A stretch of DNA of 64,000 bases from Octopus vulgaris (Eukaryota), in NCBI GenBank assembly GCA_951406725.2, contig OX597825.1:56668001-56732000 (forward strand). Reading direction: 5' to 3'. This document shows, piece after piece, positions 15,095 to 29,867 of the stretch. Below the pieces are notes generated by a model, which made no database searches, was not told where the DNA came from, and saw only the letters and a program-made list of their open reading frames with translations. Position numbers and translations under genes: made by a program. Position 1 is the first letter of the stretch. Every line of letters begins with the position of its first letter.

Positions 15095-15308
15095 TAGTGT
15101 TCCTGTGTTTGTGAGTTGTTTTGTTGTATTAATGAATCGATACTGTCATACGTAGGATGTGAGCTCTTTCTGGCAGGACTATTTTTGAGATAGGGCGTAG
15201 TGTTGAGGAACCAGGTATAGCTTCTAGGTTTTCCTTCATATGTTTTTTATCATGCCCAATGCTCCAACTATTATTGGTATTGTTTTTACCTTCATACTCC
15301 ATATCTTG
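15095..15308 (-). mobile_element. R4/Dong-like RLE C-terminal fragment
   Basis: KIWSMKVKTIPIIVGALGMIK...RAHILR. Confidence 0.7.
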
Positions 15309-15565
15309 ATATTAATTGAAGGTAAAAATATTTCTACGATCCCACTTCTAAGGAAGTTATATCAACGAGAAATAAACGAACATCTTTTTTTATTCATAAA
15401 AAATGTGACGTTCGTAACAACAGCCAAAGGGAGGATTTCATTATGATTTAATGTTGGAATGTTTGGAAAGCATGTTCAATCATCGATATTATAGTATCTT
15501 CTTCATCTATTTCTTTGAGAGAAATAAAGAAGAGCTAAGAACATTCTTGAATATTCCTAAAGAAC
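15307..15565. repeat. ~260-bp near-identical inverted duplication (partner 18881-19138)
   Basis: Direct reverse-complement comparison shows only a few mismatches. Confidence 0.9.
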
Positions 15566-15594
15566 ACCACACTTCAATTTCGAGGCTATTTTTC

Positions 15595-15641
<47 letters not shown>

Positions 15642-15659
15642 ATTATTATTATGATGATG

Positions 15660-15745
<86 letters not shown>

Positions 15746-16090
15746 TGAGTTAGGGAGCAGTGCATGCCATCAAACTTAACGGGGTAAAATATACGAAGCC
15801 CAGTATATCCATCTGATAAGGGTACATCATAGCCATATGTGCCTGAACGAAACACTCATGTTTCCAAACTCCAAAGAATTGCTCCCAACACATGTCTATG
15901 ATGCTCCCCCACTACTTCTGCTCGAGATTAGAGATGCACATATCGTCAGCCACTAAGGGACATGCTCAACTGGTTAAGGTCAAACAACTGACAAGCAAAT
16001 TTGTAGTATAGAGGAGAATATTTGCTGTGGCCCATCTTTCATACCAAGACAAAAGAACATACATGATAACACACCCAATTAGTTAAGATT
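15746..16090. repeat. Dispersed repeat beside (TAT)n; second copy 51995-52425
   Basis: Shared gggtaaaatatacgaagcccagtata...gcacatatcgtcagcca.taagggacatgctcaactggttaaggtcaaacaactg. Confidence 0.75.
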
Positions 16091-16152
16091 ATTGTTTTTT
16101 TATTTATGTTAGCCCTTGTGGCCAATAAAACAAGAATTTTTTATTATTATTA

Positions 16153-16287
<135 letters not shown>

Positions 16288-16419
16288 CTATGCTACAACA
16301 TAGCAATGGTGTTTTATCTGGTATAATTATGCTTCCTATCGAAACACCGTTTGTAATCTAGAAGGCAAACAGTTTATACCTGCTATATAATTTTTTTTTC
16401 TGCTCTCATATCTGTTCTA

Positions 16420-16875
16420 TCTTTGTATTAAGAACTTTCCAGATAATTTTTGCTAAACCTAGTAAATATGTTTCTGCACCGTGCCCATTCCTAGATTAAG
16501 ATCAAATTTTCCAAGGTCTACTCTCAAAATTTTGTCGCTGTTTCCAAAGCCCTAATAATAGTTGTCAAGATTATGTTCTTGATAACTTTTCTGTTCCAGC
16601 ACTTGGGAATTTCATACTTCAGTACGGTACAATACGCCATTTTTTTTCTTCTTTTTTTACATTAATATCAAAAGGTCATGCTATGTTGATTACAATACAT
16701 AGTTTCTTATTCTTCTCACCGACTACAATATCCAGCATGGAGTGTTCTTTCAGTTTGTAAAGCAAAGTGCCATAACAAACTGACTCCACCATTTTCGAGA
16801 ACTTTCATTCATATTATTATTCTTATATGTTTGACTTTTGCTTTGTATTTGTACAAGTTGACTCCAAGTCTCATC
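16420..16875 (-). mobile_element. R4/Dong-like fragments beside (TAA)n
   Basis: Degenerate RLE-like text. 16826-16873 matches the 3' tail of the 57.3-kb element. Confidence 0.55.
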
Positions 16876-16935
16876 TATTATTATTATTATTATTACCATC
16901 ATCATCATCGTCGTCGTCGTCATTATTATTATTAC

Positions 16936-17008
<73 letters not shown>

Positions 17009-17016
17009 GTTATTAT

Positions 17017-17222
17017 TAAGGCAATGAGCTGGCAGAATAGTTAGTACGCCGGACCAAATGCTTGGTAGTATTTCGTCCGTCACTACGTTCTGAGTTCAAA
17101 TTCCGCCGAGGTCGATTTTACATTTTCGGGGTCGATAAAATAAGTACCAGTTGCAGACGGGTCAATGTAATCGACTAACTCCTCCCTCAAAATGTTTGCC
17201 CTTGTGACAAAATTTGTAAACA
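17017..17222 (+). mobile_element. SINE family B in (TAT)n (older copies ~54730-54960, 55140-55520, 60062-60180)
   Basis: taaggcaatgagctggcagaa...gagttcaaattccgccgagg. Confidence 0.8.
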
Positions 17223-17239
17223 TTATTATTATTATTATT

Positions 17240-17610
17240 ATAAAAATGCAGGTCTTCATGCAAAATACGCCATACCGATCGATTACCGATGCCAAATTCA
17301 GTGGAATGCCTCCGAGCAGAGCAATTCGAATTCCGTATCAAAGCTTGTCTGACGCGTTCCTCATTTTCTGAGATCCGTACCGTTCGCGGCGCCCCCACCG
17401 GTCCTCTGTCCATTAGTGTACCTCGAGTTCGAAGTGCATTCACCCAACGTAAGATTGTGCTACGTGTGGGAACAGCCTGATTGCGGGGAATGTTGAAGTG
17501 GCGCCGAAACTCACGCTGGACAGCTGTGATGGACTCGTTATGATTCACGTAACTGTCTTAGGCAAACACGCGATGTTCTATCGTCCACAGAGCCACGGCT
17601 TCACCTGAAA
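17240..17610 (-). mobile_element. Tc1/mariner-superfamily transposase N-terminus (DUF4817-like HTH) remnant
   Basis: SITAVQREFRRHFNIPRNQAVPTRSTILRWV...RTVRISENEERVRQALIRNSNCSARR...VWRILHEDLHFY. Confidence 0.8.
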
Positions 17611-17782
17611 AGAAAAAATGCTTAATCCACTATATCACAGGGTGATTTTCTTGCGATCTCTTGTGTGATGGTTTGTGATCTTTCTGCGATTTGTTGTATC
17701 ACTGTTTAGGATTTTGTTGTGATATATTGTGCTATATTCAGTAACACTGTTGTCCTGTAACCTGTGTTGTTTTTTTTTGCTA

Positions 17783-18181
17783 TACTCTTTTACTCTCTTA
17801 CTTGTTTCAGTCATTTGACTGTGGCCATGCTGAAGCACCACCTTTTAGTCGAGCAAATCGACCCCAGAAATTATTCTTTGTAAGCCTAGTACTTATTCTA
17901 TCGGTCTCTTTTGTCGAACCGCTAAGTTACGGGGATGTAAACACACCAGCATCGGTTGTCAAGCGATGTTGGGGGGACAAACACAGACACACAAACATAT
18001 GCACACACACATACATATACATATATATACATATATACGACGGGCTTCTTTCAGTTTCCGTCTACCAAATCCACTCACAATGCTTTGGTCGGCCCGAGGC
18101 TATAGTAGAAGACACTTGTCCAAGGTGCCACGCAGTGGGACTGAACCCGTAACCATGTGGATGGTTAGCAAGCTACTTACT
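17783..18181 (-). mobile_element. SINE family A
   Basis: Colinear reverse complement of 7876-8338. Confidence 0.85.
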
Positions 18182-18710
18182 ATTCAATACTTTTACATTT
18201 TTTTTAGCATTTCTCAATATTTGATTAATGTTCTCTTTTTATCATGTAAACCTTCTCAAAATTGATAACTTTATGCCCACCCTTTGTGAACAAATATCCC
18301 AACTGTTCTTTCACACCATATTTGATTGATTCGTTTGGGTTGGATCTAATAACGAAAAAAAAACACTTTTACAGACTCTCAATATTTACTACTTGTGAAT
18401 TTGTTTCACACGTTTGTTTCTTTTGTGATTCATTATTGTCTAAATTTAGTGCAACGTATTCAGCGCTCTCCTGTGAAAGAGGTACCTCACGACTCTACCA
18501 CTGCAACACTTGTAGGAATAGTGGGTGGCGAAAATGGATGGATGGTATGGATTGATAGATAGAGAGAGAGAGAGAGATTGGGTGATAGGCCGATAGATAT
18601 GGATATAAAGAAGAATGAACATATATATATATGTGTGTGTATATATATGTATATGCATGTATATCTATATATGTGTGCGTATACATACATATATATATAT
18701 ATACACATAT

Positions 18711-18750
<40 letters not shown>

Positions 18751-18794
18751 AATACATATATACCTATACATATGTATACATATATATATATATA

Positions 18795-18837
<43 letters not shown>

Positions 18838-19217
18838 TTTCTTTTTATCCTTCATTACGTTTATAATGTATGTGCGCGTTGTTCTTTAGGAATATTCAAG
18901 AATGTTCTTAACTCTTCTTTATTTCTCTCAAAGAAATAGATGAAGAAGATACTATAATATCGATGATTGAACATGCTTTCCAAACATTCCAACATTAAAT
19001 CATAATGAAATCCTCCCTTTGGCTGTTGTTACGAACGTCACTTTTTTTATGAATAAAAAAAGACGTTCGTTTATTTCTCGTTGATATAACTTCCTTAGAA
19101 GTGGGATCGTAGAAATATTTTACCTTCAATTAATATCAGTACCATTGTTATGATTACTCACACATCATTCTAACTACCCTCACATTGTTAGAACTGCCAC
19201 TCAAACATTATTAATTA

Positions 19218-19325
<108 letters not shown>

Positions 19326-21153
19326 TATTCACATATTATTCCTATATTTTACCTCCAACACTTTTTCATATTCAGTTATATTAATTCAAAGCTGTATCTT
19401 CACAAACAAATCGCTACTTCAAGTTTTGAGTTTATAGATATTTGGTTAATAATTTTTGAGATAGATAGATAGATAGATACATACATACATACATACATAC
19501 ATACATACATACATACATACATACATACATACATACATACATAAGAAAACTGAGCTAAGAGAGATAACTCAGGATGGCCATGTATGTGAAGAACATAAAT
19601 AAATACACGTATAGCAAATAGCATACAACATAAATTCTTGATGTATTAAAACCACTTCGGCCCCTAGAAGATATAAGAGGGTTACCAAATTGCAACCGAG
19701 AATAGCTCCATGAGTAGGCAAGTTATATGGCTTCCAAGAGCCGGAGATTAGATTTATCATCGTACGCAGGAAGTCGGCAGATACCAGGCTGGTTTCTATG
19801 GATACTTAGAGATCAAACTTTCAGAAAATGGTTATGTTAGTTATTTGGTGGGGGGTGTATTTTTTTCCTGAGAATAGTAGCTTATGCGTCCATTGTAGCT
19901 CTGTGAAACCAGTAGACCGTCGTCTTTGTACGGTCCTATTCTATTTATCGAACAGGTGGTGCGCTGTGCGTGCAGAAAATTCGTGAAGTTACGGGTGAGA
20001 AGTAGGTTCCAGGTGGGAGAAAATAGACGAGCTGTCTCGAAAAAGAATTTGCTGCACTCCATCGGAGGTTGGTGTCCATCTCTGACACCCTTAACTTCAT
20101 ATTGATATCAACTGATTTCTCCCACACTCGTGGTTCTTTATAACGATTCCACAGCTTCCTTGCGAATCTGACGCAAAGTTAGGAATAATTGTATTTTTGA
20201 TAGATATACTTGACATTCTTCTTAATTTCTGTTCCATGCTGTACTCCATGCCTTTCCGACAGCTGCGCAAATTTGAATACACACGCATATGTATATATAC
20301 ATACAAATACACGGATGTATGTATGTATTTATCTATCCGTGAGTGTATATATTTGTGTGTGTGTGTACGCATCTTTTGACAAAAAACATATCTGCGTTTG
20401 TGTGTGTGGGTGGTGACAGAATATTTATATATCCTAGCGAATTTGCAAGTTCAACTTTGTTTCTTCTCCCATCTTCCAAGTTCTATTTACACACCTACCC
20501 CCACCGCACTGACTCTCTCCCCTCTATCTCTCTATCTCTCGCTCTCTTTCCCTCTTTATCTCTCTCTCACACACACACGCACGCGTAGATGTATATATAC
20601 AATTATACGTTCGTCAGAATTACTCTCTTGGGAACTGAATGTACGATAGTGTGTGTATGTTTGTATGTGTCTTTGAGTGTGTATGTGTGTGTGTGTATGT
20701 GCACTTACATATACACCCCCGAAAATGTAAACAACATACAGATGCAAACGCTAATGTATATTTATTCATATATGCATACGCATATATTATTTACATTTTG
20801 CTGGCGTTACCCGCGCACACCTAAATATATACCTACATACATACACACACACATACGTACATACACATGCGTACACACACGCGCGCACATACACACACAC
20901 ACATACACACATACATACATACATACATATATACATACACACACAATACTTACATACATACATACATACATACATTTACATTTTGCTGGCGTTACCCGCG
21001 CACACCTAAATATATACCTACATACATACACACACACATACGTACATACACATGCGTAAATATATACCTACATACATACATACATACATACATACATACA
21101 TACATACATACATACATACATACACACACACATACATACATACATACATACAT

Positions 21154-21188
<35 letters not shown>

Positions 21189-21276
21189 TACATACATACA
21201 TACATACATACATACATACATACATACATACACACATACATACATACATACATACATACATACATACATACATACA

Positions 21277-21307
<31 letters not shown>

Positions 21308-21644
21308 GTATAAAGGAAAGCTGACATAGATTAGCTGTTATATGTATCAGGTATCACGTCTATTTATTACCTCCCTTGAGCTTTTCCTTCTAGTTGTATT
21401 TCAATTGAGCGTACACCGTTTCGTACCTCGTAAATGTAAAACAGCACTGAATGAAATACCTGACGTATATCTGTTTTCTATGATTCACTTACTGCTAAAT
21501 CAGGCATCCTCACAAGTATGTTACAGCTTGTTTCACAGAAAACGTATACCATTAGTGTTTACGGTCGATATGCACTGATACTTACTTGCAGCCATGCATA
21601 TATGCATGCTTACAGGCATACATACATATCTGCATGTATGTATG

Positions 21645-21682
<38 letters not shown>

Positions 21683-21689
21683 TATATAC

Positions 21690-21767
<78 letters not shown>

Positions 21768-21790
21768 ATACATACATATGTATATACATG

Positions 21791-21832
<42 letters not shown>

Positions 21833-21835
21833 CGC

Positions 21836-22241
21836 TTTACTCTTTTACTCTTTTACTTGTTTCAGTCATTTGACAGTGGCCGTGCTGGAGCACCGCCTAT
21901 AGTCGAGCAAATAGACCCTAGGACTTATTCTTTGTAAGCCTAGTACTTATTCTATCGGTCTCTTTTGCTGGACCGCTAAGTTACGGGGACGTAAACACAC
22001 CAGCATCGGTTGTCAAGCGATGTTGGGGGGACACACACAGACTCACAAACATACACACACACATATATATACATGTATACGACGGGCTTCTTTCAGTTTC
22101 CGTCTACCAAATCCACTCACAAGGCATTTGTCAGCCCGAGGCTATAGCAGAAGACACTTGCCCAAGATGCCACGCAGTGGGACTAAACCCAGAACCATGT
22201 GGTTGGTAGGCAAGCTACTTAACACACAGCCACTCCTGCGC
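21836..22241 (-). mobile_element. SINE family A (further partial copies at ~14884-14976, 22311-22600, 30138-30356, 36603-36820, 57762-57866)
   Basis: Colinear with the other copies. Confidence 0.85.
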
Positions 22242-22597
22242 ATATATATATATGCACGCATGTATGTATACACACATAATATATATATTATTATTATATA
22301 TATATCCGTGTTTCAGGAACTAGATGGCGGTCATGCTGGAGAACTGCCTTGAAGTAATATGTGTGGTATCGATTTCTTTTGCCGAGCCTGTAGTTTAGTG
22401 GCACGTAATATCGCTAATATCGGTTGTCAAGAGGCGGTGGGACAAAAACACTGATAAAAAGACACACTCACACCAACAAATATATATATATATACACATA
22501 TATATAGAGAGAGAGGGGGAGAGAGAGAGAGGGAGAGAGAGAGACGGGCTTCTTTCAGTTTCCGTGTACCAAATCCACTCATGAGGTTTTGGTCAAC

Positions 22598-22652
<55 letters not shown>

Positions 22653-22959
22653 GAGAGATGCAAATAGATAAATAGTATTTTTTTATTCTTTACGTGGCAT
22701 TATTTTCTTCTATAGTTCTCATCTCCTAAAATATTATTTTTTCTTGAGTGTATAAGTAATTATTGTCTTATGTGAATCATACACCGTACATTCGAATCCA
22801 GTTAAAGATCAATATTCTTTACTGCGTAAACATAGATGTTTTCCCTTTTTTATCTCCCCATATTGCACGTCTTAAATATACATCATACAGTCAAGTTTCA
22901 AATCTAATTAATACTGAGGATTATTAAATTTCCGTTGCACATTTTTTCCATCATCTCTC

Positions 22960-23280
22960 AACAAATGTTTCGATATAATTATATCTCCTCAATGCAGATG
23001 AAAGAGGTGATGTGGGAAGTTTGCAGGATATGTTCACTGTGCGGCGGATAGGGCTTACTAGCCATGTGCTTCTATTACCGCAAGAGAGACATGCCACTAT
23101 GGTGATGGTGTGGACGCCGTGAGAAGGAAAATGACCGAGAGAACATGACACAGTACGTTATGGGACGACATGATAGCAATGGGAGTTGACCAGAGTGGAG
23201 CCAGGATGAAGGAGGGTAATCAAGATGTCTGGGGAAGGCTTTCTGTTTGTGCCAACAGTACTGGAAGATCTAAGAACTAA
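22960..23280 (+). mobile_element. Probable RTE LINE 3' remnant
   Basis: Degenerate R..GH..W.P..G.R C-terminal RTE pattern. Confidence 0.4.
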
Positions 23281-23770
23281 AACCTAAGCTGTTCATGGAC
23301 GGCATTTATAATTATTAGTGTTATAATTAATGCGATAATTATTAGTGAATTCAAATCAGTGTTTTACTGGGAAACTGAAATCAGACGAGAGCGATGTTAA
23401 GTAGCCTTGTTACATGTTATCTTAAGGGGATGTACCCTTAAAATATGAAGTTAATGGGAGCACGGAAAGTAAACTATAAGAAATGGCATAATTATAATAA
23501 AATTTATGATTATATATGTCACAAATCCACCATTACGTAATTACTAGCTAATTATTATTTATCAGCATAAACCCTATAAATCACTAAATTTTTAATGTTC
23601 CGAAACTAAAAATAAAATGAAATCTTGCTCTCGATTAAATTAAATTTTAGACATTTTCAAACCTTGACATAGAAGGGACATTAGAAGCAATATAGACCTA
23701 GGTTCCTACCAGACATTACATGATCCCTAAACAACAAGGAATATAAAAGGAGATAGCGTTGGTATAATGA

Positions 23771-23833
<63 letters not shown>

Positions 23834-24389
23834 GGGAAATGCATAAACAAATATGTAAACATTACACTGACAGCTTAATTTAAATAGACATAAACAACCC
23901 ATTATCAGCTGCTCCATACATATAGGATACATACATGAACTTATTTGCAGAATGGACAGTTAAAACGTATTTTGAGAACGGATGGTATCATGGACGCACC
24001 AGATACGATTAAGAGTTGGAAATGCAATTTTTATGACCAACAACTCTTGTCAAATGCTAGCTACAGAAATCATATGAAATCACACAGTAATTTGTAAAGT
24101 CAAAATGCGACGATAATGAATTACTACATTTTTTTTTCATGGTAGAGTAAATACTATCAGACTGACTGGTTTGATAAGGCACATGAATGTGCATACAATT
24201 TCCATACAACATGTAAGCTATTTAAACCCTGTAGAAATTTTGCGTCTTATCTATTATATATGTTTGATGACACAGGAGGTCAAATGCGCTGGTCTGAAGA
24301 GTCACCTCAGAATACACAGACATAATGCAGATTATCAGGATGATGCCGATATTAATTGATACGGCTATCATCAACCAAGTTGAAGTGAT

Positions 24390-24459
<70 letters not shown>

Positions 24460-25583
24460 AAACACACATACGGACAACGAATACAGAGACAGGGAGAGAA
24501 GCATGCGTACGGGCAGAAACAAATATTTATGTAAGGATGTAAGGACAAAGGTCAACGGAAGGTATGTTCCATAACAAATCTGAAGACAAGTGCGTGTTAA
24601 TAAGATTCTTGCAAAAGGCGAAGCATCTGAAAAGATAAAATGTCTGTTTTCATTCAGACACGAAACGAAACTAACCGCATTTAAAAACCTATACCAGTAT
24701 AGACGTACACAAAATCAACTATATATTACTAGATAGATAGATAGATAAACACACATACACACACACACATATATATACATATATATATATACATATGTGT
24801 GTGTTGAGAGAGACAGAGTGAGAAGAAGAGAGAGGAGAATAAGTAAATAGAAATAGTTTTAAGTATTCAAGAAGTATGCATGCGCAAAATAAGTAGGTAT
24901 ATTTAATCTTCAGCAGAAAGACACTTATGTGTGTGTGCGCGCGCGTGCGTGTGTGTGTGCAAGTCTAAGTGTATATAGTGTATATACACACGCATATATG
25001 TATTCACAATCACACACAGACATTATCGATCTTAATCTCTAAACATCGCTAAAATAACTCCCAAAAACGTTTGTAATAACACAACTTAGCCTAAATATTT
25101 CAAAAAAGAAATTAATTCGATGAAATAGAATAGCAATATTCATGTTGCAATGTAAAAATGCAGATGTTGTGGAATCTAGGAATATGTGCCGAAATATAGT
25201 GGTTAGGTATTGCATAGGATTATAAGAGGCTTGAGTAGGAGTTTTACGAGACCGACAGTTGTTGGTCCACAATAATGGTTGTAGATTGATTCCATCATCA
25301 GATACCAGCAGCCTCCATCTTCAGGCAAGAATTTTACATTTGAGGTGTTCACAGAATGGAGATTAAAGATGGACTGATAATGTGGAGAACTAAGTGTATA
25401 AGAAAGAGTAGTTGAGGAGTGTTTAGACAGAGAGTAGTGGGAGGAAGGCGGAAGGGTGGCTTAGACAGTATATGAAAGACGACCATCGTGTTAGTTTGTA
25501 TGAAGGCGTAACTCTAAAGCCTTCATAGAAGCAAAGCATTATAATGGTCATCGGTGGCTGTTATCGCGCCTATATATATATAT

Positions 25584-27510
25584 AAATTAGAGAAAAAACC
25601 CACTATTATGCAATTCAAACAATGATAGACATAAAATAAATCATAAATAAAAATTATATTTTTATAAAACATATAACTAGATCACAAAAAGTATAAAAAT
25701 GAATAATCAATATATAAGTAAATAAAACTACGTTTCATGGCTATAATTAAATTCGAATTACAATTAAATTTAAATTTAATCGAAAATCAATTCAATTTAA
25801 GATTATAGTCACTCTTCAGGTTAATAATACTAGTTAAATAAATAAGCAAATAGAGTTAAACAGTATTTATTAGAAAAAAAAATAATAAATAGAATAATGA
25901 TTTTTCTTATAGAAGAAACTCCATTAACTAAATTTGAAACTTAAAATATTAGGATCAGTTTCCTACAATACATTTAGTATGTAAATATTTAAGGTAAAAA
26001 ATAAGAGTAAATAACTAGAAAAATGTATTTATCTGTGAAATTATGATAATTATAAAATAATAAATACATAAAAATAATTTTCATTAACAAATAAAAAACT
26101 TATAAATTCATGTATAACAATCAATACTTATATAGAGTACAATAATATTTTTTTCTGTGAAAGCTAAAATATATTTGTAGTTTTCATTGACTAAATGTAT
26201 ATTTCCATCTGTTTCTTCTATTTCTTCAAGCAACGTAATTTCACGAGTAATTTATAAACGCTAAATAATACGTTTTCGTTTTGAAATTTTTTAGTTAATA
26301 ATACGCCTTTTGGAGAGATAAGTAACCTTTTTTATTTAAGAAATATTATTGTACTATATATAAGTATAGATTGTTAAATATGAATTTATAATTTTTTATT
26401 TGTTAATGATAATTTAGATTTGTACATTTATTTAATTATTATTATTTTATAATTATTATATCTGAACGTAAATTTTAAGATATTAGTTAGTCACTTTGAG
26501 ATCTAGATCGTAAAAATGTTTTAATTTAAATATAAGTTTCTTATTATATTTCAAGTCATATCATGTTTCTAGTACTATTACATTTAATAATAACAGTAAT
26601 AATAAGTATTTCATAAAGATAGGTTATACGTTTTTACTTTGGAAATTTTCAATTCTTATTTTGTATTTCATAAATATTTTCTAAAGATATCTATAATATT
26701 TATGTAAGTAATAAAGGACAAATCTATTTATTGTTTATATGTTTATTGATAGAAAAAATATAAAATTTTCATTACTATATATTTGTTGATTATAATTTAG
26801 ATACTTATTTTTATGTATTTATTATTTAATAATTATTATATGCGAACTAAAATCTAAAATTATTAAGAGTGATTGTTTTGTAAAATAGTTTGGTAATTAA
26901 ATATTAGAGTATAACTAGGTTAAAGATATTCTATAGTTTATTAATGTTTTTTATTAAGCTAAATTATATCTTCACAGATAAATACAGTTTTCTATCTATT
27001 TATTCTATTTTTACCTTAAATATTTACATAATAAATGTATTGTATGAAACTGATTCTAATATTTTAAGTTTCAAATTTAGTTAATGGAGTTTCTTCTATA
27101 AGAAAAATCATTATTTTATTTATTTTTTTAAAATATTATCTAACTCTGCTTATTTATTTAACTATTATTATTAACCTGAAGAGTGACTATAATTAAATTG
27201 AATTGATTTTCTACTGAATTTAAATTTAATTGTAATTCGAATTTAATTATAGCCATGAAATGCACGTAGATTTTTTACTTATTACATCTTGATTATTCAT
27301 TTTTATACTTTTTGTGATCTAGTTACATACTTTTTAAAAATATATTATATTTTTTACTTATGATTTGTTTTATGTCTATCATTGTTTGAATTGCATGATA
27401 GTGGGTTTTTTCTCTAATTTATATTTTATATATTTAAATTGTGAAATTTGATTTAATACTAAATTGAATTTTTCCCTGTAAGTTTGGAGTTATACTCCCT
27501 GATGTCATTA
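25584..27510. mobile_element. Extremely AT-rich inverted PLE-like insertion in (TA)n
   Basis: 25584-~26040 is inverted at ~26970-27421, and ~26040-26155 is inverted at ~26340-26460. Both arms carry hammerhead motifs. Confidence 0.75.
25726..25822 (-). ncRNA. Hammerhead motif with very long AT-rich stem II; inverted partner at ~27173-27272 (+)
   Basis: AAC-CUGAAGA-GUGACUAUAAU...AUUAUAGCCAU-GAAAC-GUA-GUU. Confidence 0.7.
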
Positions 27511-27530
27511 TTATATATATATATATATAT

Positions 27531-28054
27531 ACAGTAAAGTGAGTATTCACATCAACGTGGCAGATGAATGTTACTACTAGCCCTCATCCTAACCCCAGGC
27601 AGATTCTCCGCCAGCTAGTTTTCGGGGCAAGCTCTGCATCCTTTATGTAGAATACGTCGCTAGCAGGGGGAGCGATTCCCTACTACCCTCCTGGATCCTG
27701 ACTGTATCGCTGGACCGGCAAGTTTCGAGCTATTTGGCTCTCATCAGCCGCACACACCTGCATTACTCCTCTGTCTCTTCTTGAGATTTTATAACTAGCT
27801 ACTTTGCTTGTTGAAAATCAGTGACCGGTGGTCACTTTGTTTATAATATATCGCTGGCAGAAGCGGATCTTAGTTAAACTCCACAGCGCAGGTGTGCGCG
27901 ACTGTTAGCCAAATAGCTCGAAACCGGCCGGTCCCGCGATCCCCTTAGCGATGTATTGGGCTTGCACCGAAAACCAGCTGGTGGAGAATCCGCCTGGGGT
28001 TAAACCAGTAGTAACATTCATCTGTCACTTTGATGTGGCTACTCGCTTTACTGT
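27531..28054. mobile_element. Inverted PLE-pLTR/retrozyme-like element flanked by (TA)n
   Basis: 27531-27762 is a diverged inverted copy of 27888-28054 (acagtaaagtgagta...gatgaatgttactact vs agtagtaacattcatc...ctcgctttactgt). Confidence 0.75.
27709..27751 (-). ncRNA. Minimal type I hammerhead motif (PLE-type), with a degenerate inverted partner at 27896-27938 (+)
   Basis: GCGG-CUGAUGA-GAGC(caaaua)GCUC-GAAAC(uugccg)GUC-CAGC. The partner retains GCUC-GAAAC(cggccg)GUC-CCGC. Confidence 0.8.
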
Positions 28055-28109
28055 TTAGTATACGTTACTACTCTATCGCTTCTCGAGATTTTATAACTAG
28101 CTATATATA

Positions 28110-28600
28110 TACTGGGTGCGGTGAATAAACTATCGTCTAAATTACGCAAAAATGGAAATAGTACTCACATCTCATTTTACCAAAATTACATAAAAATATC
28201 TTGAAATATTAAAGAGTAAATTTAGCCAATAGAATCGCTATTGGCTTCAACTGTAGCCTCAGACTATTTTGGAATCTCCTGCAACTCTTCTGGACGGTCT
28301 CCTTGTTTAAATTGGCGAATGCTGTCATAATCCTTGCCTTCAGTTCATCTTTTGTTGGTCTCTCGTTCAACTGCGCCCCACGAATAATAATCAAGGCGGT
28401 CGCAGTCTGGGGTGATAGGTGGACAGATGTTAGGGGTGATGTGCAGCATCCTCTTCACTCCATGTGCTTGATGTCGGCCACCGTGTTGAATCTGAGGCCA
28501 TGTAGGAAGGTAAATGGAGGCATAACGTCGCCATTATTGGTGATCACTCCAAATACCATGGTGTTGACTGGATGTTTGATTTTTATCACTTTCGATACAT
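28110..28600 (-). mobile_element. maT (DD37D)-like transposon remnant
   Basis: MVFGVITNNGDVMPPFTF...; ELKARIMTAFANLNKETVQKSCRRF; terminus TACTGGGTG. Confidence 0.7.
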
Positions 28601-28606
28601 GTCCTC

Positions 28607-28652
<46 letters not shown>

Positions 28653-28663
28653 ATATATATATG

Positions 28664-28699
<36 letters not shown>

Positions 28700-28709
<10 letters not shown>

Positions 28710-29867
28710 TACGTATAGGTTAGTTGATTTGGAAATTAAAATAACTGTCTAAGGGATAGAAGTATCTATTGCACTACTGGTATATTACCTATGTTTAACC
28801 ATGGGCATGCATATGCAAACATATTATGCTCATAAATTATAGGTAAAGACAAGGATAAACATGGGTTTATCATGAATCAAAATTTAAAGAAAACAGAAAA
28901 CGGAGAAATACTGATGAACAACAATTGACTTACATCAATTCTTATTTATTAATTCAATGCAAATAGACTACATCCCATCTCACAGCTGTTTCTGCTTCCA
29001 ATGTTGTATGGTATTGCCATCGATATGCAAAAGTAAGTAAAAAGATTGATCATATTTGGTAATAAAACCGATCTGAAACAAGGAGTTTCATCAGAGTGAA
29101 GAATAAATAAAGAAGAGCAAAGAGAAGAAAAGGAGAAAAGTTGAATATGGTTGTAATCATACCATTTTGCTTGTCTCTTTGCGATGTTAAGTAAAAGACT
29201 AAAACAAAATAGCAATTGGTGGATTAATCTTTTGTACAGGTGTGGGGTGGATAAGATGGATAAATAATTAAAAAAATAATAGAAGGATACGCCAATAGGT
29301 CTTAGTCGGAAAAGGTTTTAGCCAATAGGTTTTAGTCGGAAAAGAGTAAGGTTTTATATTAATCATGATAATTTATAATAATTTGTAGTACTAATTAATA
29401 GTATTAATCATAATAAAGTGCTCATCGGTTAAATGCAATTTTATTTATTTACTAGTAGGTGTTAAGCCCGTCCACCTGTTGTTCGAAGTGAGATAAGGAC
29501 AAGGTCAAACGTCCGATGTAATTAGTCAGTTGAAATTTGAAAATAAAAGACCAGCTATTGAGACTATTATACGGGGTAAGATAAATAAATAAATGAACAG
29601 CAACTAAATTTAAAAAATAATATTATGGAATAAATATTAAGATAGGAACCTATTCGGACATTTAGAAAGTAAGATGGTTAGGGTTGGAAATCGTCCAACA
29701 GCTTGTTTATAAGAAAGTGAAATTAGTAAAGACATTGAAACGAATTTATTCCGTAGGAAAGTTATGGAAATATTCCTGGTTAACGGGAGGTAATAACTAT
29801 TTGCATTGAATTAATAAATAATAATTGATGTAAGTTAACTGTTGTTCATCAGTAATTCTCTATTTTC

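Noticed and set aside
19560-20275. Non-repetitive island with several short ORFs
   Set aside because: No consistent frame or splice signals; possibly a transposon fossil, unassignable.
20790-21065. ~185-bp tandem duplication (also 980-1020 vs 1672-1712, and 62521-62581)
   Set aside because: Ordinary local duplications, mostly microsatellite-associated.
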